DNA of 57,465 nt, filler included, from Acidimicrobiia bacterium (GTDB lineage: Bacteria > Actinomycetota > Acidimicrobiia > Spongiisociales > JAHEDJ01): NCBI GenBank assembly GCA_029210695.1. It is 3 parts of 3 records of this genome, joined end to end, with 100 filler letters (N's around TTAATTAATTAA, not from the genome) between each part and the next. Parts side by side here need not be neighbours in the genome. Positions count along the whole stretch, not along the records: positions 21,171 to 39,291 come from JARGFH010000063.1; positions 39,392 to 57,465 come from JARGFH010000064.1; 1 more part is not named here. One strand, given 5' to 3'. Made by a program: the position numbers and the translations under genes. This document shows, piece after piece, positions 36,906 through 45,353 of this stretch. Each line of letters starts with the position of its first letter. Position 1 is the first letter of the stretch. Below the pieces are notes generated by a model, which had not been told where the DNA came from, searched no databases, and was given only the letters and a program-made list of their open reading frames with translations.

Positions 36906-37942
36906 CTACCAGTGTGGTATTCCTCTCCTTCGACCAACGATACAAGTCCACCATCGACGACCTCTGCGACGGTGTGTTCGGTTCTCGCCACGCCGATTTC
37001 GTATCGAACTAGCAGGTCCACCAGCTCGTCGCCAGTCACGATGGCGATGTGGGTAGCGCCTGGTCGCTCTGCTTCGGTAGTCGCTCCCTTGCTGAACCCG
37101 CTCGCAGTGATGAGCATCCCGTGCTCCTCCGCGCCGAGGCTCCCGCGTAATTGCTGCACTGCAGGAGCCTGCACGTTGGCCTTCCAGCGTTTGGCTTGCA
37201 CAGCCATCCGGATCGGGAGCACACCGTCGATGATCAGATTGCCTCGAACGTCGATCCCCCCATCGTTGGAGAGTGGTGTCACTTCGACAGAGTCGAAGCC
37301 CATCTCGGCGAGCAGAAGGCCGATCAGCTCTTCGAAGCCTTTCGGGCTCAGATTGAGTAGCTCAGTGCGAAGCTGTCTCCGGACCACCTTGTTGTGCTCG
37401 GCGACTGTGCGGGCTACACCCTTCGGCGTCCACTTCCAGAGGCCGACCATGCCCTTGCCATGCTTGACGAAGCGTGGGTCATCACTCCTCTGAGTCCTGC
37501 GCTTGATCTCGGTGAGGATCTGCGCATACATCGTCGCTTCGGGAGTCGCCCCCTTTGTTACGAGGATTCCTTCGCTGAGCGCCCGGTCGGTGATCTCCCG
37601 ATAATGCATGGGCTTGCGGTCGGCGAAGATATCCAAGATGTACTCCGCCGAGTCGGTGAAGGACATTGTGGTGTTCCCGCCCGGAGTCCCAACATTGTCT
37701 GGAGACTCGCTGCCGGCCGTGACGTATTGGGTCAGGTGGAACACGCCAGGCGTCACCCGCGTGAACTGTGATGTCACGCCTTTGTTCTTGATATCCGTCG
37801 CTATCCGGGCGTTGACTGTGGCTTCAGGGGTCTTGCCCTTCGTGGACCAGAGTCCTCGGTTAAGGAGCTCATTGGTGATGTCGCGGTAGTGAAGTGGACC
37901 GGTCTCCTTGAGGATGTGCGCAACGCTGTCGAGTAAGGGCAA
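36902..37942 (-). CDS. Mrr-type restriction endonuclease with two HARE-HTH (HB1/ASXL) domains
   Basis: Two LHYRDIT/MHYREIT...TPEAT repeats followed by FEELI..LL..MGF, DGGID, VQAKRW and ITASGFS. TTG start with a CAGGAG RBS. Confidence 0.88.
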   Translation of the reverse strand: MPLLDSVAHILKETGPLHYRDITNELLNRGLWSTKGKTPEATVNARIATDIKNKGVTSQFTRVTPGVFHLTQYVTAGSESPDNVGTPGGNTTMSFTDSAEYILDIFADRKPMHYREITDRALSEGILVTKGATPEATMYAQILTEIKRRTQRSDDPRFVKHGKGMVGLWKWTPKGVARTVAEHNKVVRRQLRTELLNLSPKGFEELIGLLLAEMGFDSVEVTPLSNDGGIDVRGNLIIDGVLPIRMAVQAKRWKANVQAPAVQQLRGSLGAEEHGMLITASGFSKGATTEAERPGATHIAIVTGDELVDLLVRYEIGVARTEHTVAEVVDGGLVSLVEGEEYHTGS

Positions 37943-38153
37943 CTGGAACTCCTGTTTACCTACGACACAAGTTAGCAATCAGTCGCTACGGGCCTGGGAG
38001 CGCTTTCTGTCCTGGATGGTGACCTGACACAAATCCGACACAGACGAGCGCGAAACAGTGCTAAACGGCGAAGCCGAGCGAAGCGCGAAATCCCTGTTCA
38101 GAATACGTTTCTGGCTAAACTCCCAGGTCAGCGAAACCCCCTGATATGCCTGA

Positions 38154-38195
38154 ACACGGCAGAGGTCACTGGTTCGATCCCAGTAGCGCCCACCA
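38154..38195 (+). tRNA. 3' fragment of tRNA-Val (att site duplication; not a full tRNA)
   Basis: ACAC-GGCAG-AGGTC-ACTGG TTCGATC CCAGT-AGCGCCC-ACCA gives the T-arm, acceptor 3' strand and CCA. The 5' half (expected GGGCGCT...) is absent. Confidence 0.85.
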
Positions 38196-38512
38196 CACGA
38201 AACTGCCTGTCAGACATGGAAAACCCCAGGCCAGAGGCTAAATCCGACCGACCGAACCCTCCGCCAGTTCGTCGCCTCCGACAGCGTGAAGTCGCTTCAG
38301 ATAGTGCGGTTCCGCGGACACTCCGCGGACACCCGGGACGAGTCAGAATGGGTCGGGACGCGTACAAACGCGGCGAGAGTGCCGCGGGTGGAAATCGCCG
38401 GGCTCGACGTGAGGTGTGGATGCCGCACACAGCGGCAGATTGGTCCACGCCGCCAACCTACCGGATAGAAGCATCGCTGTTTCAGAATCTGGGCTTGTCC
38501 CAGTCCTAGCGT

Positions 38513-38725
38513 TTACTCGGAGACGGTGGGGTAGGTTCCCAGAAGATCGGGCACGAGCTCAAGGAGTGGATCGTCATGTGCCAGGTCAACATTCGACGGG
38601 TGCTCGCGCATGATTCGCTCAGTCACGCTTGCAGAGATTCCAAGCTTTCGACACGTCGAGACCTTCGTCGACCCCCGTCCGTCGATGAGCTGTCGCGCTG
38701 CTGTGGCATAACGGGCCTCACGCAA
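38513..38725 (-). CDS. Small HTH-like hypothetical protein
   Basis: 70 aa with a 'KVSTCRKLGISASVTERIM' HTH-like pattern; overlaps the upstream ORF by 8 nt. Confidence 0.45.
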   Translation of the reverse strand: MREARYATAARQLIDGRGSTKVSTCRKLGISASVTERIMREHPSNVDLAHDDPLLELVPDLLGTYPTVSE

Positions 38726-38987
38726 TTGTCCCTGCTCTTCTTCTATCCACGAGATCGCTCGACATCAACACCGGCCAATGAATCACCTCAGGTTGATTCG
38801 AGAGATATGGATCAAGTATTTCGGCACGTCGGCTGCGGCGGCTGGCGAATCCGAGTCGATCACGTTCAAGGGCCGTCATCTGCTCGAGGATCGTCGCGGC
38901 GATCTGTTCAATCTCAACTTCCGCTCTTTCGCGTTGCCCCGTCGAGTAGACCAGGCTCCAAACCTCATTGGGGACTCTTCGCCGCAC
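38718..38987 (-). CDS. Small hypothetical protein
   Basis: 89 aa with a GAAGGAAGG RBS before the GTG. Confidence 0.45.
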   Translation of the reverse strand: MRRRVPNEVWSLVYSTGQRERAEVEIEQIAATILEQMTALERDRLGFASRRSRRAEILDPYLSNQPEVIHWPVLMSSDLVDRRRAGTIA

Positions 38988-39214
38988 TCGACCTTCCTTC
39001 GGTCGATCGAGGGGGTCTTCTAGTGTCGGCTCCGAGATGGCAGGGTCTGGGGGAATCGGAACCGTCGGGCTGCAAATACGTTTCGCGCCTTGAGGAAGCG
39101 CCTAGATTCCTGTCAATGCCTGATGTGATAATTGATGAGAGGACCCTGGCGGGTTGGCTCGGTGGACCCACGGAGATCCGCGCCCGGAGTTTGGTGGAGC
39201 GAGGTGACTCTCCA

Positions 39215-39291
39215 CTAGTGGTCTGTCGCTGAAATGGCGAACCGGTGTAGTGTTGGGGGATGGTTGCTACTGCTGAAGCGTTGCGGATGTC
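39215..39291 (+). mobile_element. Left end of IS630-like element (truncated by contig edge)
   Basis: ctagtggtctgtcgctgaaat end matching the MITE termini; an ORF starts at 39260 (MVATAEALRM). Confidence 0.55.
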
Positions 39292-39391
39292 NNNNNNNNN
39301 NNNNNNNNNNNNNNNNNNNNNNNNNNNNNNNNNNNTTAATTAATTAANNNNNNNNNNNNNNNNNNNNNNNNNNNNNNNNNNNNNNNNNNNN
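39292..39391. other. Artificial contig linker
   Basis: N44-TTAATTAATTAA-N44. Confidence 0.97.
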
Positions 39392-39466
39392 CCAGTGTGA
39401 CCGAAAACGACCTCGAACGCGAGCACCCCCGACCCACAACCACCAACTTTTTCGGCAGCCACCTAG
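39392..39466. mobile_element. IS end (IS1182/IS5-like) at contig edge
   Basis: ACTTTTTCGGCAGCCAC (39446-39462) followed by CTAG; inverted copy of 20998-21014. Confidence 0.65.
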
Positions 39467-39477
39467 GGTCTTGCGCG

Positions 39478-40053
39478 ATGTTGCTCCTTGCTTCGGGATC
39501 GCCGCGCCGCAGTGAACTACTCGATCTGCTCGGCGTGTCCTACATAATCGAGTCACCATCTATCGACGAAACGCCTGTTCCCGGTGAGTGTCCTGAGCGA
39601 ACCGTGCGACGGCTGGCGGCGGCCAAGGGTGCGGCGGCCGCCGCCCTCCATCCCGATCGATGGGTGCTCAGTGCAGATACAGTGGTGGCGCTCGACGATC
39701 GTGTTCTGGGCAAACCAATCAACGGTCCGGATGCGGTTGCGATGCTGCGATTCCTCTCGGGCAGATCTCACCAGGTCTTTACCGGTATTGCATTGGGCAG
39801 ACAAGGTGCGACGCCCATGGTTGAGCACGCGTCGGCGACGGTCAGGTTTCGCCTTCTCGAGGAGCGAGAGATCGAGGCATACGTAGCCACCGGCGAACCG
39901 TTCGACAAGGCCGGTGCCTACGCAGTCCAGGGCGTGGGTGGTGCGTTCGTTGATCGCCTCGATGGTGAGCTCTCGACGGTAGTCGGGCTCACCCTCTCGG
40001 TCACTGCAAGGTTGCTTGGACAGGCAGGTATCCCCAGCGTTCTGGCCCGGTAG
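39478..40053 (+). CDS. maf: Maf family nucleoside triphosphate pyrophosphatase
   Basis: LLASGSPRR, IDE, ADTVV, LGKP and DKAGAYAVQG motifs. Confidence 0.93.
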   Translation: MLLLASGSPRRSELLDLLGVSYIIESPSIDETPVPGECPERTVRRLAAAKGAAAAALHPDRWVLSADTVVALDDRVLGKPINGPDAVAMLRFLSGRSHQVFTGIALGRQGATPMVEHASATVRFRLLEEREIEAYVATGEPFDKAGAYAVQGVGGAFVDRLDGELSTVVGLTLSVTARLLGQAGIPSVLAR

Positions 40054-40100
40054 AGGGGCAGCTCCACCCCGGTCTGGTCGAAGTCTGTTACGTGGCTTCT

Positions 40101-40219
40101 GGCCCAACAGCGTGGGCCGAAAGACCCTACGAGCGCCCGGTGACCGGACAGTAACGTTCCGGTTGTTGGGTCCCCCCTCAGCGATCGAGACCCCCGGCAT
40201 CGCCGGGGGTCTCATTCTT
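40101..40219 (+). ncRNA. Candidate structured small RNA
   Basis: 11-bp closing stem (40101-40111 with 40162-40172, 2 G:U), two inner hairpins, a C6 tract and a terminator. Confidence 0.4.
40187..40213. terminator. Intrinsic terminator hairpin
   Basis: Perfect stem gagacccccggc-atc-gccgggggtctc followed by attctt; lies between convergent genes. Confidence 0.75.
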
Positions 40220-40258
40220 AATGTAAGTCCGACGGCTCGGCCGACAGGCGGTGGTCGC

Positions 40259-41227
40259 CTAGCGGCTCCTCGCCGGGTGCGAAGTAGGCGCCAGGTGCTT
40301 CCTGAGCATGGCCCAAACATCCGGCCGGGCAAGTTTCGTTCGTAGGGACGCCAGCGTTTTGATAAACGCCGGAACGGCAGCCGAGGCGCTCATCGGGTTC
40401 GGGCGCAGGAGCGCTTGCACCTCCACCGAGGGAGTGATGGTGAGAACCTCGGTCTTGGGCCAGGCGTCGTGGATCATCGTTAGCTCTTCGTCGAGGGCAG
40501 CTTTTCCGACCCGATCGAATGCTCCCTCATAGAACCTGCCGCCGTCCCGCGTCTCGTCTGCTGCCATTGGGGCAATGATCAATACGAAGTCGAGTGGCTC
40601 TTCGTTGGCGAGGATGAGGTCTGCGTGGGTGCCGGACGCCACTCCACCGTCGACATAGTGGTTGCCGCCGAGTTCAAATGGAGCGAAGACCAGCGGCACT
40701 GCGGACGACGCCGCCACGGCTTGACGGAGTTCCACATCGGGCGCGTCCACGGTGCCGAAAGCTATCCGACGCCTCGATTCCAGTTCGTATGCAACTATGA
40801 CGGTCGGGTCGTCCGGCCAGCCATCTGCGAACTCACCGACCTCCTCGGCCAGCCAATCACCAATGCCGGCAGCATCGAACGGAGCCGGAGATCCAAGGAT
40901 GAGCGACACGCCGGGCTTGCGGATTCCCGGGATGATTCCATGTCGAACCCAACGGCGGACGCCTGCCGGGCGCCTTCGGCGATAAACCGCGGTGCGGATG
41001 CGATTGGCCACGTCTTCCCGGCTGTCGTCCGGGCGGGCAAGCGAGTCGATCGACAGTCTGCCCGAACGCACGATGCCGGCCACGTACGAACCCGCCGACG
41101 TTCCGATGATCACCTCGGACGAGTTGGGATCCCAACTCGTGGCCATATGGATAGCCATGAGAGCTGCCAGTTCATATGCAGCTCCGGTGATACCGCCACC
41201 ACCTAGAACGAGTCCTACCTTGCTCAC
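40259..41227 (-). CDS. Patatin-like phospholipase
   Basis: LVLGGGG, GTSAG and YVDGG motifs; GTG start at 41227. Confidence 0.9.
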   Translation of the reverse strand: MSKVGLVLGGGGITGAAYELAALMAIHMATSWDPNSSEVIIGTSAGSYVAGIVRSGRLSIDSLARPDDSREDVANRIRTAVYRRRRPAGVRRWVRHGIIPGIRKPGVSLILGSPAPFDAAGIGDWLAEEVGEFADGWPDDPTVIVAYELESRRRIAFGTVDAPDVELRQAVAASSAVPLVFAPFELGGNHYVDGGVASGTHADLILANEEPLDFVLIIAPMAADETRDGGRFYEGAFDRVGKAALDEELTMIHDAWPKTEVLTITPSVEVQALLRPNPMSASAAVPAFIKTLASLRTKLARPDVWAMLRKHLAPTSHPARSR

Positions 41228-41277
41228 GATTTGACAGGATAGAGCCGTTCTCCTGATCGCGCGGTATGGTCGACGGA

Positions 41278-42150
41278 ATGTCCGTTCGCCCGTATTCATG
41301 GCCACAAGATCTGCCGGGACTCGATGAGTTGTTCGAGCGGTGTCGTCTCCGCGATGGGCATCATCCACTCAGTGAGAACAAATACCGGACGATGCGAGGT
41401 GCCCAATCATCGGGTGAGGGCTTCGTCATCGAAGAGTCCGGGATTCCGGTTGGATACCTCCAGCTGCTGGCCAGCAAGATAGATGGAACGTATGAGTTCG
41501 AACTGGCGGTGGATCCGGCTCTACGCGGAGAACTCGAGGAGCCGCTGCTTGAAAGTGCGTTGGCGAGAGCCCGGCAACTGGGAGGCGACACGGCCATGGC
41601 CTGGGTCTATACGCCCGGCGGCGAGCGGCCACTCCAGGAGTTTGGTTTCGAGCCGTTGCGGGACCTCCATCAGCTCCGGGTGCCATTGCCCGCCGCGGCC
41701 CCTCAAATGGTGCTCGACATCCAGATCCGGGCATTCGAGAATTCAGACGAGGATGCGCTGCTTTCCCTCAACAACCGCGCATTTGCCGGCCATCCGGAAG
41801 CCGGAAACTGGACTGCAGAGGATCTTCATGAACGACAGGCCCACCAGTGGTACGACCCGACCGGAATACGTATGGCATTTTTCGGGGAACGTCTGGTTGG
41901 GTTCTGTTGGACGAAGGAGCACCCCGGAGGTCTCGGAGAGATCTATCTCATTGCCGTTGATCCCGGATTCAGGGGCCGCGGTGTCGGTCGGGCGATAGCC
42001 CTCGACGGTCTCGACTACCTCAGCAGCGCGAAAGGGTCAACGCAGGGGATGCTGTATGTCGATGCAGTGAACGAATCCGCCCTTCGGCTCTATGAAGGTC
42101 TGGGTTTCGAGGTCCATCACACCGATCGAGTGTTCAGTCTGAGTATCTGA
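41278..42150 (+). CDS. mshD: Mycothiol synthase (tandem GNAT)
   Basis: DGHHPLSE, ELAVDP, NNRAFAGHPEAGNW, GFCWTK, GEIYLIAVDP and MLYVD motifs. Start could be 41266 or 41278. Confidence 0.88.
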   Translation: MSVRPYSWPQDLPGLDELFERCRLRDGHHPLSENKYRTMRGAQSSGEGFVIEESGIPVGYLQLLASKIDGTYEFELAVDPALRGELEEPLLESALARARQLGGDTAMAWVYTPGGERPLQEFGFEPLRDLHQLRVPLPAAAPQMVLDIQIRAFENSDEDALLSLNNRAFAGHPEAGNWTAEDLHERQAHQWYDPTGIRMAFFGERLVGFCWTKEHPGGLGEIYLIAVDPGFRGRGVGRAIALDGLDYLSSAKGSTQGMLYVDAVNESALRLYEGLGFEVHHTDRVFSLSI

Positions 42151-42153
42151 ACT

Positions 42154-42378
42154 TCACGGATGCAGTTGGTCGAGGTCTTCGGACCGGTCGGTACCGAAGC
42201 GGCGACCGCAGGATCGGCATGCCTGATCCTTTTCGTTCGTCTGGGAATAGCACCACGGGCAGGGAAGATCGAGCTCGAGGTCCATCGTCGGTTGGGAATC
42301 CTGCAGGCGGGAACCACCAAACCTACCCCCGAGTACGATGCCGAATACCAGCACACGTACTATCAGATATGCGATCAC
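42154..42378 (-). CDS. Small membrane protein with zinc-ribbon (CxxC-CxxC)
   Basis: AAGGAGG RBS, N-terminal TM and CPWC...CRSC. Confidence 0.65.
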   Translation of the reverse strand: MIAYLIVRVLVFGIVLGGRFGGSRLQDSQPTMDLELDLPCPWCYSQTNEKDQACRSCGRRFGTDRSEDLDQLHP

Positions 42379-42513
42379 GTTGTCCTCCTTCGCCGGGGAG
42401 AATACGCGGCAAAGGCTCAGTAACGACGGATTTCGCGCTTTGCAGGCGAATCGGGATTCGTGCCTGCGAAGAGCATGGAGTGCTGGCTGGGGGAGCCAAC
42501 AGCAGTTGGTCCC

Positions 42514-43344
42514 CTAAGCGGGCAGCGAAGCCTCGATCTCATTCACAATGGGCATCAAGCGATCGAGTCGTCCGTCTGCCGTTTCGGCCGCCTGCATCAG
42601 TTCTCGACCTCCGTGGAATACGATCCACGGTTGCAGCACATCGTTCGGCATCGTTCGTCCGTAACCTTCGATCATGGCCTCCGCGGCCGCGTCGCCGGCC
42701 GACATACGGAGAGTCCACACCGCCAGTGAGAAGTCCCACTCGGCGGGAGCTGCGGTTGCCCAAGCCCAGTCCGTCAGCGTAACGCGTCCCGTCTCGTCGT
42801 CGACACGAAAGCGATCCGGGCGAGGATTCGTGTGACACGAAGTGGGCAAACCGCCGGCAGGCGGCTCGGCCGCCAAAGCGCGTTCGAGCAGGCTCTGGGA
42901 CAACCCGACGCGGCGGCGGTAGCGCGCCAGGCGAGTGAAGACCGATTGATACTCGGAGCGGAGCCAGGCCGCGTCCATTCCGCCGGCCAGATTGGTGAGA
43001 TCGTCGGGATTCGCCTCGTGCACGTGACGGAGAATTCGACCTGCCTGGCGAGCCGGACCCAAACTCGTCGGCAATGTGGCCAGATTCCAGGCACCGGCAT
43101 CCTCGAACAATCCCCAGGCGGCGTCGGCCTCGACGCTCCACTCGATTACTTTCGGAATACCGTCCACATCGGCCAGGGCTTCCAGAGCCCGCTGCTCACG
43201 ACGCTGCAATGAACTGGTTCGATACACCGTGAGGATCGTCGTTGCATGGGGAGCAAACAGCCGAAATGTTCGACCTGAGAAGCCGGACAGCTCGTGGACC
43301 CGACCACCGCGAGCCAGCTGATTAGCGATCTCCAATGCGTCCAT
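42514..43344 (-). CDS. Aminoglycoside phosphotransferase/kinase-like protein (degenerate)
   Basis: RE..AL..L, GRILRHVH, CHTNPRPD and LTDW...AEWD fold pattern. Confidence 0.7.
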   Translation of the reverse strand: MDALEIANQLARGGRVHELSGFSGRTFRLFAPHATTILTVYRTSSLQRREQRALEALADVDGIPKVIEWSVEADAAWGLFEDAGAWNLATLPTSLGPARQAGRILRHVHEANPDDLTNLAGGMDAAWLRSEYQSVFTRLARYRRRVGLSQSLLERALAAEPPAGGLPTSCHTNPRPDRFRVDDETGRVTLTDWAWATAAPAEWDFSLAVWTLRMSAGDAAAEAMIEGYGRTMPNDVLQPWIVFHGGRELMQAAETADGRLDRLMPIVNEIEASLPA

Positions 43345-43421
43345 ACAGTTCCCTCCGAAAGTAAGTTCCGAAAGTTTCGTTTGCTGCCATTACCCTACCG
43401 CGATATGACCGGAGAAACGCG

Positions 43422-45353
43422 ATGACCATCCAACTCACCTTTCCAGACGGATCCGTCCACGAACACGAATCAGGCGTGTCGGGGTTCGAAGTGGCCGCGG
43501 CTATCGGTTCCCGACTTGCCGGGGCGGCCGTGGCCATCAAGCTCGACGGTGAACTACTGGACCTGAGCAGGCCTTTGCCGCACGGCGGAGCGTTCGAGGT
43601 TGTCACCGAGACGACCGAAGAGGGTCGCCATGTCATCCGGCATTCCGCCGCTCACATCATGGCCCAGGCTGTGCTGGACCTGTTCGACAATGCGACTTTC
43701 GCAATCGGCCCGGCGATCACCGACGGGTTCTACTACGACTTCAACATCGGACGCCCGTTTGATCCCGATGATCTCGAGCAAGTTGAGCGCCGCATGGCTG
43801 AAATCATCGAAGCCGACCAGCTCTTTGAACGTGAGGCCTGCTCCATCGAGGAAGCACTCGCCCTGTTCGTCGACCAACCCTACAAGAAGGAGATCATTCA
43901 AGCTGTTGATGACTCCGAAGGGGCCGGTGGTGAATCGGTGAGCATCTACCGCAACGCGGAATTCGTCGATCTCTGTCGAGGTCCGCATCTGCCGAGCACA
44001 GGACGCCTCAAGGCGGTGAAGCTGTTGCGCTCAGCCGGTGCCTACTGGCGGGGCGATGAGACGCGCGATCAGTTGCAGCGCATATACGGGACTGCCTGGG
44101 AATCGAAGAAAGCGCTCGACGACTACCTCAACCGGCTCGAGGAAGCCGAACGACGCGATCACCGCCGCCTCGGAAACGAGTTGGACCTGTACTCGTTCCC
44201 ACCCGAGTTGGGGTCCGGTCTGGCTATCTGGCACCCAAAGGGTGGCTTGCTGCGCACGATCATCGAGGACTACAGCCGGAGGACCCACCTATCCCACGGC
44301 TATGAGATCGTGGCCACACCGCACGTCGCCAAGGCCCAGCTGTGGGAAACCTCCGGGCATCTCGACTTCTACGCCGAGGGGATGTACCCCGGCATGCTGC
44401 TCGACGAGCAGACCGAGTACCGGATGAAGCCGATGAACTGCCCGTTCCACATTCTGATCTTCAAGAGCAACGGACGCAGTTATCGGGAACTGCCGCTCCG
44501 TCTCTTTGAACTCGGCACCGTCTATCGGTACGAGCGTTCCGGCGTGGTCCACGGCCTCCTCCGAGCTCGCGGATTCACCCAGGACGACAGTCACATCTTC
44601 GCAATGGAGTCACAACTTGGCGACGAACTACAGAATCTGCTGGGTTTCACGCTGATGGTGCTGCGGGACTTCGGGTTCGACGAGTTCGAAGCCGACATTT
44701 CCACCAGGCCGGAGAAGTACGTCGGCCGGGACGAATCCTGGGACAAGGCTGAGGCCGCCCTCCAGCAAGCCCTCGAAATCGCCGGCCTACCGTTTGAGAT
44801 TGCAGAGGGTGAAGGCGCCTTCTACGGGCCGAAAATTGATGTGCACGTGCGTGATGCAATCGGTCGCCGCTGGCAACTCTCGACGCTCCAGGTCGATTTC
44901 GGGCAGCCCGAGAATTTCGACCTGCTGTATGCCTCAGCGGAGAACACCCGGGAGCGGCCGGTGATGATCCATCGCGCTCTCATGGGGTCGATTGAGCGGT
45001 TCGTCGGCATTCTGGTGGAGCACTATGCCGGAGCGTTTCCAGTCTGGCTCGCGCCGGTTCAAGCAGCGATCGTCCCGGTCGCCGATCGCCACATCGGCTA
45101 CGGCAGGGAGGTGGCTGCCGCGCTGGGCGAGGTCGGCTTGCGGGTCGAAGTCGACGAGGCAGACGACACCGTCGGCGAGAAGATTCGCCGGGCGATTACC
45201 CACAAGACTCCTGCTGTGCTCGTCGTAGGTGACTCGGACGTGGAAGACGGAACGGTCGGTCTCCGGCTCAGAGGAGATGAGCATGAACGGCGCGGCATCG
45301 GTATCGCGGACGCGCTCGACGAACTGAAGCAATTGGCGGCGGCGCCGCGATGA
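43422..45353 (+). CDS. thrS: Threonine--tRNA ligase
   Basis: TGS domain, RHSAAH, DLCRGPH, KPMNCP, RGFTQDD and MIHRA motifs. Confidence 0.98.
   Translation: MTIQLTFPDGSVHEHESGVSGFEVAAAIGSRLAGAAVAIKLDGELLDLSRPLPHGGAFEVVTETTEEGRHVIRHSAAHIMAQAVLDLFDNATFAIGPAITDGFYYDFNIGRPFDPDDLEQVERRMAEIIEADQLFEREACSIEEALALFVDQPYKKEIIQAVDDSEGAGGESVSIYRNAEFVDLCRGPHLPSTGRLKAVKLLRSAGAYWRGDETRDQLQRIYGTAWESKKALDDYLNRLEEAERRDHRRLGNELDLYSFPPELGSGLAIWHPKGGLLRTIIEDYSRRTHLSHGYEIVATPHVAKAQLWETSGHLDFYAEGMYPGMLLDEQTEYRMKPMNCPFHILIFKSNGRSYRELPLRLFELGTVYRYERSGVVHGLLRARGFTQDDSHIFAMESQLGDELQNLLGFTLMVLRDFGFDEFEADISTRPEKYVGRDESWDKAEAALQQALEIAGLPFEIAEGEGAFYGPKIDVHVRDAIGRRWQLSTLQVDFGQPENFDLLYASAENTRERPVMIHRALMGSIERFVGILVEHYAGAFPVWLAPVQAAIVPVADRHIGYGREVAAALGEVGLRVEVDEADDTVGEKIRRAITHKTPAVLVVGDSDVEDGTVGLRLRGDEHERRGIGIADALDELKQLAAAPR

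Larger units (their letters stand above)
21171..38195. mobile_element. Integrative conjugative element (partial) with defence cargo; right end at tRNA-Val att site
   Basis: Conjugation operon, integrase remnant and tRNA 3' fragment. The left part is cut by the contig edge. Confidence 0.8.

Noticed and set aside
38120..38195. Complete tRNA-Val gene
   Set aside because: No 5' acceptor strand or D-arm upstream; only the 3' 42 nt are tRNA-like.
20994..39466. Composite transposon carrying the ICE between two IS ends
   Set aside because: The ends lie on different contigs separated by artificial linkers; no physical linkage to contig 2 is shown.
39397..39477. N-terminal extension of Maf
   Set aside because: It runs through the IS end; Maf motifs begin at the ATG at 39478.
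42514..43344. Functional aminoglycoside resistance gene
   Set aside because: The catalytic Asp is absent and the gene sits in core chromosome context.
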